This document shows, in pieces, positions 50,851 through 64,000 of a stretch of 64,000 bases of DNA. The DNA is from Amphiscolops sp. MND2022 (lineage: Eukaryota). The first letter of the stretch is position 1. Each line of letters starts with the position of its first letter. The DNA is taken from assembly GCA_964187785.1 (NCBI GenBank), contig OZ076409.1, positions 54,376,001 to 54,440,000 on the forward strand, in the 5' to 3' direction. The position numbers and the translations under genes were made by a program. The notes below the pieces were generated by a model, which saw only the letters and a program-made list of their open reading frames with translations, was not told where the DNA came from and made no database searches.

Positions 50851-53800
50851 TTTCAGATAAGTTCCCAAATACGAAAGGTACAAACGTTATCTTTACCTTT
50901 ATGTCGTTGCTTTCTGTGGAATAAACTCATCTTTGAGTATGAATTTAGATCTTGTAGCCGGCTGAGAACTTTGTTTCAGTTGAAATTTGGTCGGGATTCA
51001 GTTGGGCTGAAAGTTATATTATTTGATTCAAACTAGATAATCTTTTCACCATAAAAATTATACCTTATTCAAAAATGTGTTCATTAATGCCACCGTGGTC
51101 GGATAAAAGTGATTAGAAGCTTCAGACAATAGAATCGACAACTCTATGACTTAAAAATGGTTGTAATGATACAAATAAACGTTTTAAAATTGCCAAAATT
51201 TCATAATAAAAAACTGAAAAATTGATGACTTCGTGTTATATGAGGAAAGAAAGGGGAAATTTTTCGGAAGAAATTTGAAGTTGACCGATAGGTTATATCA
51301 TTCTATGACGTCCTATTCGGAAAAGACGGTTTTTACATCGATAAAAAGGATGAAACGGGAATATATTTAAAAAACATAACGAAACCTCATTTGCATTCAC
51401 TCAGTGAAATGAAATAGCTTTGAAGTACGCCGCACTGTGATTAGAATACGGCATTTATTATTTGTGTTACGAAAGGAATGACGAAAAATTCGAACCTTCA
51501 GAGTTCATGTTTGTGAGTGAAAAAGTCATTAGCTGTTTTTCATGATTCATCTCTTTTTGTTCCCCGAGGATAAAGGTTTCAATCTTCTTACAAAAGAATA
51601 CATTCTTACAAAAGAATACAGCGAGAATACATCCTAACTGACGTGATCAAAAAATTCACACCCAAAAAGAGGCGTTTTTCGACAATCAAAATGCTCGTTA
51701 ATTTCTATACCCGGGTTGACATAACAATTGTTTAATAATTGTAATAACATTGTCTATACAATGTTTCCAAATACGCAAAAAAATTGAAATGCAAAAAAAA
51801 CATTTCGTGATTATGCCATGGTTGAAATGTTTTCATATTTGGTCATTTTATGAACATTGTATGAAATAAATGTTTTCCATAGAAGATTATAGTAAAAGTG
51901 ATTTTAGTCCTGAAAAACCTTACGACTAAAAATGGCCTTATAATGATACCAATGTTTAAGCTGAATGAGAAACCAGGATCATTCATCTTGAACTCCGATA
52001 TCAAAAACAGATACATTGAAGATTTTGCGAACGCAAACTATAAAGATGTTACAAAAATGTTCACAAAATGAACACAAAGCCTGACCCTCAGAAAACTGTC
52101 GCGGCCATCACGGCAAGATCGTATTACGATCACATCAATCATGGAACTCATACCACGATTCGCACTACATGTAACGGCAAGCTGTTATCAGTCGCTTAAC
52201 GCGTTAACAGAGGTGGAGGAACCTGCAGGAATGGGTGAATCGCTCGGGACAGGCGCCCATCGCCACAGATCCATTTTGCCTCCAGGGGTGAAATACGTCC
52301 CGGGGCCGCGGGTGCTTCGACGAATACTGTCCAACCGGTCCTAGTCTTTGATTGCTAATAGTAACGGGCATCTTTCTGACTCTCTAAAGACCACCGCTTA
52401 ACTAGCATATAAAAACAATGCCAAGAATAAGGTAAATTTCCATTTCCAGGGTGACATGTGAATAAGATCTAAAATTGGGGAATAAGATCTAAACTAGCGC
52501 TAGCGTTACTGAATACAGCCAAAATCACTGAAAACACATGAAAACAGGCACGAATATGGCAAACCACGCAGCTACAAGCTGGGGCGCAGGGGCTCCAAGC
52601 ACCAAACAAGGATCTTTAGGCGAAAAGACTCATTTTTACGGTTTCCGCTACATAGGGTAGCATAATGCTGAAAATCGATAAAACCGGTGTTAGCACCTCA
52701 AAAAGAGTCTATTTTCGGATGATTTGCCGTCTCTGGCTTCTGTCATGGCGGCGCGCCCGTGTTTTTGCTCGTTCTTGCTCTTTGTTGTCGAAGTACCTGC
52801 CTATTTCGTGGAAACAGCGAAAAGAGCAATCACATGCTCAGTGCCACGTCACACATCGGATTAGAATTTTTGACAAAATTTCTGAACATGTCAAAGTTGC
52901 AAAATCGGTTGATATTGCTGTACCAGAGCTTGCCGTTACAACAAGTTGCACTCCCATATGTATGTTCTGAAAAATCTCAGACGAAAATCTTTTTTTTTTC
53001 ATTTTTTTTTCGAAAATTTTATCATAATGCGAGGAAATTCAGTGTTTTTTTTTAAATTAGTTTGAAGGTGACAGTTAGACAATTTGAAAAATATCCTGTT
53101 TGTACAATAGCGTTTACAGTAAATATGGAAATGACATTTATTCAAATTCTCAGATTACCATTCTCAGTCACGTTCTGGTACCTTACAGTAAGGTTGTGAC
53201 ACTTAGAATGAATTCAGCGAAGAAAACAAACTGTTCAAGATGCAACCTCTTGGATTTGTTGGTTAACTTTTTCGGTGAGAACGATCATTTCGAATTTCAT
53301 CACCCTTTGCAAGTTTGTAGTCTGACGTTGCAACCGATTTTGTACTGCCTGGTTGATGTTCTTTATATGTATACGCCCCTTCTCAATAGTTTCGTTGTAC
53401 AACCGAACTACAATATCACACTGATCCTATTGCGAGTTTGGACACGAACGTGCGTAAGATTTTGGCACAGTCGTATTACGGCCATGCTATGACTTGTGTT
53501 AAAAGTTCACCCGAGAAACCTAGTTAGGTCGATTTCAATGCGATTCCTTGTTACGAAGGCCTTCAAAATTTTCAAGAGCAATTTGCCAGGGACGTCTCGA
53601 GGAACGTTTTTTATTTTGTTATCATCCGCCCATATTTCAAAAAAAGGAAAAAATACTAACTCAGGCGCGTTTTTTCATCCAAAATGTCCCATGCTTCAAT
53701 TTAATTCCCAAAATACAGAGGGTATTACACAGAATTCAACTGCGCCAAAATTAGCTTCGTAGGATGTGTATACTCCGAGATTATTTAAATTTTTGGAAAA

Positions 53801-54222
53801 AGAAAAGAGTGCCTTCAGAAAAAGCCCCAACGTTCTAAGAAAATAAAGCAAGATATCCTGTGGCTTTCTTTCCACAAAAGTAATACGATGTTTTTCATTT
53901 AAATGTTGCCCGAAAAAGTTTTTTTCTTACAAAAAAAACATGAATGGCAAAAATTTTGCGTGTCGACCGTTTAGTCGCATTTCAGTGTCGTAGCAAATTG
54001 TTTTTGAAATTTCAACGTAACCGCAAAACTCAACGACAAAATAGCGATGAAGGTTTTTTTTCAGAAGAGAAAATGTTTCAGAAAAATGCACCAGAACGCC
54101 AAAAAAACGAAAGTGTTTTGTAGTTTCGACCGTGTTAAACACTTTTTTAACATTTTTGAACAATTTTTACATTTTGTTCAACGTCATGGCAAAACTGGCG
54201 AATTATTTTGTCATAATAGCTA

Positions 54223-55033
54223 CCCGGGTTGACCCTCTTACTAGCATCTTGGCTGTCTTATTAAGATCTTACTCAAAATGCTTAAACCTGCTGAAAAAAT
54301 TTTGCATGCAAAAATGCGTGAAAAATTACGATAACGTAGTCTGGCTTCCGAAATTCTGACAAGAATCCTAATAACTCCTTACCTGTTTAAGACTGAAAAA
54401 TGCCGAATGTACCAAATGAAAGATAATATCAAGGGCTTTTCAAAACTTGTAATTTATCACTCCTGTCGATTCCAGAGGCGGAGAAATATGCTCTCAAACG
54501 TCCAGACCCACTATCGGAAAGTTACAAAGGAAAGACCTTAAAATCCTGAAATTTTTGTAGAAATCATATTTCCAGCTTTCTTTGAGCCTGTTTCAGCAGC
54601 CTTATTACTGCTAGAAACGGCGGTCATTGCTCTAATTTGGGCGATGTTGTTGTTGGCGACAGTTTTGCAATTGAAAGAACAATATCGATATCGAAATGGT
54701 TAAAATGATTCAGTAATTTTATTTTGAGTGATGTCTAGATTATTTTTCCATAACTCTTAATTTAATGGTTTTATGATTCTTTTTTTTCTCGATATCGAGC
54801 TGTTCGTAGCAATTTTTTTCTTGCCATATTCAGCTTCTTAGTTAGATTTTTCTTGCCATATTGGGCTTCTTAGTAAGATTTTTCTTGGAAACATGGCTCT
54901 CTTGATAAGATCTTACCATGGCATCTTGCAATTCTTGGCAATATCTTGTCACGATCTTAGCTAAGATTTTTCCAAGATCTTGGCAAGATCTTGCCAAGAT
55001 CTTACTAAGATATCCATGGAGGGTCAACCCGGG
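54223..55033 (-). mobile_element. CCCGGG-terminated MITE-like DNA element with TA TSD
   Basis: TA|cccgggttgaccctc ... gagggtcaacccggg|TA; internally deleted relative to 18831-19881. Confidence 0.88.
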
Positions 55034-55415
55034 TAGAACTATCAAAATAATGACATGCCGAACGTCTTAGGCAAATTGGTTTTTATTCTTTGCATGTTTT
55101 CGTGCGTTTGAAGAACCCTGCAGAGAGTTCAAAACTATTCAATTTGAATACCAATAATGCTTGTTGTCAGAATTTCCTCCAAAAAAATGCTTGAAAAAAA
55201 GAATTATAGAAAAACTTTCCTTTACTGTCAGTTTAAGCAATTTTTGCCCGCTTTTGGACTATTTTTGAACACATGATATTCGACAGGGTTGAACGATTAG
55301 TATTAAGATTAGTTACCACAACCTTTGAAAAGAAATCACCAAATTCAACTAGAAAGAATGACTACAAAGACGAAATATTACCAAAAATCCTGATTGTCTA
55401 ATGTTTTTTGTACAC

Positions 55416-55981
55416 TTTTTAGTCGGCGCTTTTCGTAGAAAAACGCAGACTATAGCAGTGACTTTTCTTTTTTTAAAAGACCAATTGAGTAACAGATTTT
55501 ATAATTATAAAATCTGTTACTCAATTGACTTTTCTTTTTTTTAAAGACCAATTGAGTAACAGATTTTATAATTATAAAATCTGTTACTCAATATTAAGCT
55601 TTATAAGCTGGCTTCCACTAACTGCCACACTAAAGTGACTTCTACTGCCACTTGACCTAGAGGTTAATTAGGATTTTTTGACGTCTGCCAAGGAGAAGGA
55701 CGCGGGTTCGAGTCTCCCCCTTGGCCAAAAATTTTTTTGTGCCTGTTATTTCGGCTTTGTGAGACTATTTTTTCTCAATTCTTTTAAATCTCTCAAAAGG
55801 GTCCCTTTATTGTTTTATATTTTGCAACAGAGAGAGACTTAAAAATAATATCGAACAAAGCTTTTGGAAAACTTTTCTCCTCAATCTGGTCCTCTAGAAG
55901 AGAATACATGATACTTTGAAGTCCTTTTGCTATTTTTGAGCCTTAGATATGGCGCCGATTTGGGCCGTTCCCGGTTCGTTT
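55416..55981 (+). mobile_element. Helentron/HINE-like element, copy D
   Basis: tttttagtcggcgctttt ... gatatggcgccgatttgggccgttcccggttcgtt. Confidence 0.65.
55482..55592. repeat. Tandemly duplicated perfect palindrome (46 bp and 42 bp)
   Basis: attgagtaacagattttataattataaaatctgttactcaat occurs twice. Confidence 0.9.
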
Positions 55982-56957
55982 GATGTTGCTGTGTATATGG
56001 AAATCAAGACGTTTGAAAAACAGAAATTAGAACATTCAAGTTTTTAAGTATATCTTTGTTCACGGAAATGAAAAGTGTGAATTCGAAAACAATGGGTAAA
56101 ATTTACTAAAAAATGATGGAAAACTCAGTTTTTGGGCATCTTGGTAAGGTAGTATGAGTAGACCGGTTTTGTTGCAAAATCAAGGGTCTAAATATTGCCA
56201 ACTCACCAGTGTCTGGTATGAACTGGAGGAGACAACAAAAATAAAAATAGAAGTCAAGTTTAGACTTTTGTGACTTTGAGGCAGTAATTTGAAATCGGAC
56301 ATGAAAATTGGCAACCGCTTGAGTTTTGGCTGAAAAAAATATACTGTAACTTGTTACGGGAAAAGTCCGGAAAAACTGTTTCAGAAAAAAACAAAACTGC
56401 TTGATTGAACTTGATACGGTGGATGTTGGAAATGGAAATTTTTTTGTTTTTATACTACCGACTGTTTCATGCAATTGGTTTACACTTTATCGGTTCTGTT
56501 GAAAGGAGGCAAAAATCAACAAATCTTTTTTCCATTTCCTTATTTTGAAGGTATGATGAAAAAAAATAAAAGTGGTTTGAAAGAAACAAAAACGTGGTTG
56601 TCATTCGACAGAAAAATGTTAGATAATCACCAAAAACTTTACAAACTTGCGACACAAATGCGGATTAGGCCTATGGAAATCTAGAAGACAATAGAATTCA
56701 AGCGCTCAAAATATTGGTCTTTCTAACAACTCCAACATCAAAAACTATTTAGCTAAAAGTAGCGGAAGTTCATGCAGTTTTCTGGTAGAGGTGGAAAAAC
56801 TTTTCCGTAGACCGAAACCTTATCAAGCATCTCTTTGTTGTACATTAAACTAAGTACTGAGAATATTTAAGTCTAAGTACTGAGGTTCAGCAGTGAGAGA
56901 AGATCTGTCGTTTAACTCTAATATATGGTATTGTCGAACTAATTAGTATCTCAAATT

Positions 56958-59900
56958 TGTAATATACAGTTGGTATAGCTATGCTGATGAAGAGTTGGCA
57001 AAACTAATCGAACTGGTAACACTTATTTCATTTAGATCAAATGGCTTATGGTCACTCTAACTTTTTGGATTGATAAACTTTCTGTTTGTAAACAACATTA
57101 TAATAAAGTGTTCAACAACCTGTTTCTTTTTAACAAAGTCCAGATTAGAAAGTGTTCGAGAGTGCCCTCTCTCACACCCCACAGTTTACAGGTAAATCAA
57201 TACAGGTTTACAGCTTGCTTATGACTCAGCTAAAATGTACATTTTTTATAAATGTACGTGATTAATGTATATATGTAATCATGTAAGTATGAGCACCTAT
57301 AATATAAATGTAGATGACTTCAGTTTTGGCAAGTTACAACTCAACGTAAAGAGTTTGTTGGTTAAGCGTGGCTTCAAGTTTATGAACAGCGGATCAATCT
57401 CAATGTTGGCAGAGTTGCTACTTCTTGGCTGGTGGGCTGCTTCTGTCTACGGCACGCTTCAGCCTTTTTGGCAGCTTCTTCCTTTAGGGGGTTCTTCTCG
57501 ATTTGCGTAATCATTTCGTTGTGGCCAAAAAACTCAGTTTTGTGCCTGCTTATTTACCCCTTCTGGTTTCTAATTTTGCTCTTTGCTGCTGGTGGTCGTT
57601 ATTTGTTGCTCTGTTTGATTTTGCTGTTGTTGTTCTAATTTGGTTGATGGCTCCGGATAGTTGTGCTGGTTGTTATCTTCTTCTTTGCCATATTCGATTT
57701 CTTCAATTATTCCCGAACTGAGCTGTTTCTTTGCTCTTTCCGATTTTAATTGTTGTCTCTTTCTCGCCTTTAGTTTCAGCTTTTTAGTAGCTCGGGTTTT
57801 CTTCTTTTGTTTTTGGCTAGCTTCTGCCTTTGTTGCTAACTGCGGTTTTGGCGAGAAATAGTCGATTTCTGTAATTGAGTCGCTCGTCTAATTTCGTTAT
57901 TGCTGATTGGTTGACAACTCGCTAGTAGTTGAAAACTCATCTGCTGTTGCCACTTGCTTCTTAGCTGCGTCTCTTGAGCAACACGGCTTAATTGTCGTCC
58001 TCTCAGTGTGTTCAATATCGCATTTTGAAATGATACTTGTCTGATTATTGCTCACAGACAGAAATTTAATTGTGTGGTTGGACTGTTCCAAGAGTATTCC
58101 TTTCCTATTTTTGAATGCCCCCTCCAGCTTCCTACCGCGTGAACTTTTTCGTACCAGGATCGTGGAGTCCTGGCCCGGATCGAAATCAGGTCTCCGTTAG
58201 GGGAAACTCGGGTGTCTGAATTGAAGTTGTCATGATTTATAACTAATTGTTTGGTTGTCTTTGGTTCTACTCCCGTATTATTCTCGAAAGGCGATTTCCC
58301 AGTTCTAGACGGATTCATTCTCAAAGCCAACAAAATTTCCGATAACCCAGACTTATCCCGTTTCACGACGAACTCTTTGTTAGTTCTCAACCTTTCATTT
58401 TTTGTCCCTAAAAGTCTTTCAATTTTTCCGTTTCCACTGTGATCACATCCAGGGCACTCAACAAGGTTTAATAATCACTTGTAACAAAACTCTTTGAACT
58501 GTTTACTCCTAAAAATTGTTTCTGGGTCCGATTTTGTCGCCTCAAGTAAACCATGCCTAGCTATATAGTTTTGTAAAAGCTCAATTACCTTCTCAGTTGT
58601 GGGCTACTTAGAAACTTAGCTTCCGGCCAACCTGAAAAATGATCATTGGATTTTAGTAAGTGTTTACGCGCAATATTCAAAACTTGACACGGCCCCGCAA
58701 AATCTATAGCAACCTCTTGATTATTTTCTGAACAGCTTGGTAATTTCTCAACTTGTTTTTGCCGTAATACAATTTTACCATTCTTACCGGTTCTGCAGCA
58801 GTGGGGACAGTTCTTCGCAACTGCCACGACTTCTCGGTGTAACTTGGGCCACCATACATTGCTAACATTGGCGTGCACGCTAACTGTATCGGGATGACCG
58901 TAATGAAGCGATCGCATGATAATTGGCCGTCCCAATTTTGGGATTACGAGACGTTCGTCCATATACATAAAATTGTGCTCGTCTAAACTGAGACAACGGA
59001 ACTTCTCGCGCCACAGCGCAACTGGTTGACTCAGTGGAAGCCAGATTTCTGATTAGTTCGACCACTTTCTGTCGAAATTCGTCAAAATCATTTTGTGATG
59101 CGAATGTAAAAGCTCCCGGGGATTGCAGGACTTCAATTTGATTTATTGAGTAGCTTTGCGGCGTTTTTATTGGTGGCTTGTCAGCCTTTAGCATTAGCGC
59201 GTTGTTCAGCTCCTCGCTATCGCTTGATTTCGCACTTTGATCGCACTCTTGTGCCTTTGCTATCATTGACGCTATCTGCCTAATTGACTGTTTGTTTGTT
59301 TGTTTGTTTGTTTTCTTTCACCCTCGCTTTCGGCTCGCTTGCAGTAGCCAACTTCTCTCCTATTCGCTGTTTCCACTCTCCGCGCCGATTTTGATTCGCT
59401 TAAACAGAAGTGTCAATTCTGAACATTTCACTCACGGTGAAGCAATTAAGTCATAATTCCTCTGCTTTAACTATACTTTCGTTACTTCCATTTTCGGACG
59501 GATGCCATGACAAATATTCTGCCATCCACAAGGTACTAACTGGAGCATGCACTACTTTGAACTGGAACGGAAAAAACCTATCTACCATTCTAGTAAATCT
59601 TGATGGAAATGTTTTATTTCCCCTGTGTTTCGCCTGAAAATGTTTTATTTTCAATGATCCACACTACAGCCAACAATTCCAGCTCATGATTTGAATATTT
59701 TTGTTCGAACTGCAAGATATCGTGAGGCGTAGTGTTGTCTCCCAACCTTCCTCTTCATTTTGATGTAGCATTGCCCCGAATCCTTCTTTACTGGCATCGC
59801 AAATTACGCGTAATGGTAATCTTCGTTTGAAATGTTTTTGCTCGGTAATTTGCTTAATTCCTTCTTTCATTGTACGTTGATTGGTCGTTTATTGTAGTCC

Positions 59901-60934
59901 ACGTACTCTACATCTTTTGAGAGCGGCCTTGCAAGTCTCAAGTCTGTTTTTAGGACTTGGCACAGATCTTCTTCAGTGAATATTGTTATGGGGAAAACTC
60001 AACCGATCATTGTTGAAAACTGCTGCTTCTTTATTTTTCCCTTCAGTACAAACGGCTTCACACCAACCCCACTCACATGCAGCACAATGTTGTCATCATC
60101 CCATTCTGAGCTTCCTCCTGGTTGGTCGGAACGAAATCCTCCTGGTTGGCCCACGAATTTTTTCTGCTTGCTATTGCTTTCATCAAACGCGACTGCAAAC
60201 CACAACACTTCTTGTGGTTGATCTGTTGGTTCTGCGCAAAGACGTTCTTGTACTGTCTTGTTGTGCATATTGTGGATAAACGCGTCCCTGATGAGTCCTT
60301 CTGTTTGCTGTCCAAACTCGCATTTTGCAGCCAGTCTTGTGTGGTTGTGCCAAAACTGTTTCAATGATTCATGATTCTGCTGTCTTCGAGCGAAAAAATT
60401 AAACGCTCCAATTTTCTATTTCATGGCTTGTAGAATGTTTGATCAGAGTTTTCATTGACTTCTGATAATGTGGCTTTGGATTCTGTCATGTATAGGAATT
60501 TGTCTTTGAAATTCTTTCTGCCGGCACAGAACTTTCCGCTCTGTAGTCTGTTCATTTAAATTGTTCAGTAGTGCTGTTTTTCGCGGGTTATTTTCTGTAG
60601 GTGTTTTGAGTACCTCCGGTACTGATATTGCATGTTTGGCATTTACTGCCTTTACGAAAAGTTCCCAGCATCTTTCCCATTCTGCTCCAGGTGGCACTTC
60701 AGCGCACTCCCAATATGCAGGCAGGCTAGCTATGCTGATGCTGATGAAGATTTGACAAAACTAATCGAACTGACAACACTGTATTTCATTTAGACCATGT
60801 GGCAATTGGTTACTCTCACGTTTTGGATTGCTACACTTTCTTTTTGTAAACAACAATATAATAAAGTGTTCAACAACCTGTTTCTTTTTAACAAAGTCTA
60901 GATTAGAAAATGATCGAGAGTGCACTCTTTTACA
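56958..60934 (-). mobile_element. Decayed, internally deleted Gypsy-like LTR retrotransposon
   Basis: Diverged direct repeats at ~56976-57176 and 60727-60934; minus-strand fragments of gag (LAAKCEFG..LIRDAFI), RNase H (ICDASKEGFGAML) and integrase (LHYGHP..WWP..CPHC, AIDFAGP) in Gypsy order. Confidence 0.85.
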
Positions 60935-61654
60935 ACCGTGTGGTTAGTTCTGTGGCGAAACATGTTCTGGTAGTTTTGTTCCGAAGCTGTACATGGTCAA
61001 TTCGGTTTAACAGTGTAAAAGTTCCACTCATTCCCGGCTCTTCTCAAATCAATGAATTTCCCTGTCCTGTAATGTTTTCTTTAAAACACCTGCTGGCCCA
61101 TTGATCACTTCAATGAAACGTCCTTTACATTCTGTTCCTGAGTGGACATGTAAAAGTTTAAAGAAGGTAATAATGGTTTTACACTCTTTTGCAAAGTATT
61201 TTGATATTAGTAGTTTTTACCCGCTGATATGTAATGAAAGTCCATTCGTTTTCTAATGTCGATCAGTTGTCGTTCACAAAACCCTTCTTCTTTTCATTCT
61301 TTGTCTATATTGCCCTGAAAAAGTCTTTTCTATTATGATATGTTTTCAAAATTTGGTAAGTCGTAATTGTTGAAATGTCTGGTCCGGCCTTTTATTCCGA
61401 TTGTACCCAGCTCTGTTTTGTATTTCGCTTTTATTTTTCGGTTATAATGCTTCTGTCATTGATATTCTCAAAATCACTTCTTGTACTTCGGCTTCTTTCC
61501 CGGTGGATCCATTGTCTTTCTGTTCATCGCGTTTGAGTAATGGGGTGATGTCCAGCTTGTTGTTTTTTTTGTAAGTCGTCGTTATCTATCTAGTCATTTT
61601 CTCGGTGTAAGTACCTGTTCTCCGTCAGTTGTTCTGTTCATCTGTTGCGATACG

Positions 61655-62496
61655 TTTTTAGTCGGCGCCTTTTCCCCTAAGGAAAAAAGCCCGACTATTA
61701 CAGTGGGTTGTTTTTTAGTCGGCGCCTTTTCTCCTAAGGAAAAAAGCCCGACTATTACAGTGGGTAGTTTTTAGTCGGCGCCTTTTCCCTTAAGGAAAAA
61801 AGCCCGACTCTTACAGTGAGTAGTTTTTTTTTCAGTTGACAATCTCACTCTGAGTGGTCCACTTTTCTTACAATTTTTGTTCATCTTTCGTATTTGTTCA
61901 TCTTTCATCTTCGACCCAGCCGGAGAGCGTGGGTTCGAATCCCGCACTAAACCATAAATTTTTTAATGAGTTTTTCGGCATTGTGCGACCTAAAAAATAC
62001 TTTTTTTCGAAAAAAATCAAAATTTTTTTTTTGAAAAAATTTTTTTTTCCAAATTTTTCCAATAGTTGTTCCTTGAATATTTTTGAGCCTAAGATATGGC
62101 GCCGACTTGGGACGTTCCCGTCTTGTTTTCTTTTCAGCAGACAATCTCACTCTGAATGGTCCACTTTTTTACAATCTTTTGTTCATTTGTTCAACTAATT
62201 TTCTGAGAAGCAGGATAACGTGGGTTCGATTCTCGCACTAAACCACAAATTTTTAATGCTTCCAAAAGTAGAAGCGAGACCAAAGGGTCGCCCCTTTGGG
62301 TTTTTTCGGCACTATGTGACTTCTTTTCGAAAATTTTCGAATTCTATCAAAGGGTACCCCCTTGCATTTTTTTGAAGTTTTCGGTTTGTAAAAACGTTTA
62401 ATGAGCCTAAATGTTTTTTTTTCGGCATTGTGCAACTTTTTTAAAAAATACTTTTTTCGAAGATATGGCGCCGACTTGGGACGTTCCCGTCTTGTT
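61655..62496 (+). mobile_element. Helentron/HINE-like element, copy E, with triplicated 5' end and duplicated 3' end
   Basis: Three ~55-bp tandem units tttttagtcggcgcctttt..aaaaaagcccgact (61655-61820); the 3' end gatatggcgccgacttgggacgttcccgtcttgtt occurs at ~62093-62128 and 62462-62496. Confidence 0.65.
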
Positions 62497-64000
62497 ATAA
62501 AATTATTGATGGTATAATAAGCTGTAAGCTGACTGCTCTTTGTTGTATTCCAAGCTATGTAGTTCGGAAGAGGTTATCTCTAGTAACAGATCCCTTGCTC
62601 AACTGTTTTTAATATGCTATTGTCCAACTACGTAGTTTATCAAATTAAAACAATAGAGCGATGATAGATAAACAAACGTTGTCCCAAAATTCGGCAAAGT
62701 CAATCCGGTCAAACCTTATAACACTCGTACGATCTCTACTTTCGAAGTAACTGTTAAAACTTAGCGCTTCAAGGTTTTGCTAGATTTTAGCCCAATTTTT
62801 TGCAAGGAGCGTGTTACTTGCCGCGATCTTGCAGGCCATTCCTTTTTTACAAAGATTTTGGAAGATTCTACCAAATGAGAATGAATTATCTAGCAAGATC
62901 TAAAAGGCGAGGAAAGAGTACTCAATGACATTAGACATGATACGAATTGTTTGAATTTCAGCTACTGATAAGATTAGAAACAGATGAAATTATTTACACG
63001 CCTTAAATTTTAATTCTGAATAACGTTTATCTGGTTATCTGACCTTATTAGACATATTCCATATTTTTTTGAAAAAAAATATATATTTCTTACATGAGTT
63101 TTTTCTTTGGCACTTAATTCATTGTGGGAGTAAACGTTTTCAGGTATCCAATTTTTTTTTTGTTTTTTTTCCAAAGAGTTTTGTTGCTAAGACACTTCAA
63201 TCATTGTGGGAGTAAAACTTTTTATGTATCCAATTTTTTCATTGGGGCTTCATCTTTTTTATTCATCGATTGCTTAAAGAAACGAAATTTAAACTCAATA
63301 CGTTTTGTGATTGTAAGTTTCAATTGTTTTTGTTCTCAAAATGTTTGTGCCCAAAAAAACGGAACATTTATATCACTCTTCCAGAAAGTTTCAGTAACCA
63401 CTCACTGTCAAAATCTGACAAGTGACCCATAACTTCTTGTTTTCAATTACACCGCATGCCGTTGAAAAATTCTTTCAAAACTATGCAAAATTTGATCTTC
63501 AGCGAAAACCAAAAGAATCAGTTTTCAGGAGGAACTTGCTGTTGGAATCGAAACTAGTTGTTTGAAGTTTATGATGGTTGAAAATTACCTCACTCACTAA
63601 CCAAATTCTAGAAGCAAAAAGAATAACTTTGAAGTTGTCAATTTGAAAGGAAGGTAATCTGATTCCTTAACGCGGTAATTTCAAACCAAGCATTTATTTG
63701 AATACTTTTGATGGGGCTTCATTCGGTAACAATATATGCTTCAAATAAAAGCCTTTATTGATTCCACAATAAACTCCAAATCACAGAAATTGATTGATGC
63801 TTTCAGATTTAACAGTTATCGAATTTCAAGTGAAACGTAACTATGAATTTGAATGAAGGTTTAAAAGGGCTTTTCGTTTTCATTGACCGAATTCATTTTT
63901 TATAAGCGTAATGCATGAATTTGATATGAGCGCCGCTACATAACACTGTTTGAAGGGAATACTCCAGCAACGGGCACCAATATATTTTATTCTTCCCGTT

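Noticed and set aside
60940..61650. Purine-rich minus-strand stretch resembling a decayed coding sequence
   Set aside because: Many stops and no identifiable motif

Overview
AT-rich eukaryotic DNA, probably from an invertebrate animal, made up mostly of transposable elements; I could not support any host gene. The main features are two related BEL/Pao LTR retrotransposons on the + strand. Element 1 (23222-32302) is intact and young: 337-bp LTRs with no difference seen, TSD ATCAC and an open 2135-aa gag-pol. Element 2 (41713-50850) is older and decayed: LTRs about 96-97% identical, TSD TTTCA and a disrupted gag-pol. Both carry three accessory modules that I do not recognise as standard for BEL/Pao. 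(1) A tRNA-like Pol III A-box/B-box cassette lies near the start of every LTR. (2) A separate ~202-205 aa ORF upstream of gag has a motif order resembling a divergent SGNH-hydrolase fold and a basic tail. (3) Three or four copies of a covarying RNA stem-loop, often with a palindromic UUAAUU loop, lie between that ORF and gag, possibly inside an intron. The rest of the window holds decayed Gypsy-like elements, MULE and pogo-like transposase remnants, TA-flanked MITEs, a Helentron/HINE-like repeat family, a ~183-bp degenerate satellite, a (GA)n tract and several fold-back palindromes. All calls were made by eye; no database searches were run.
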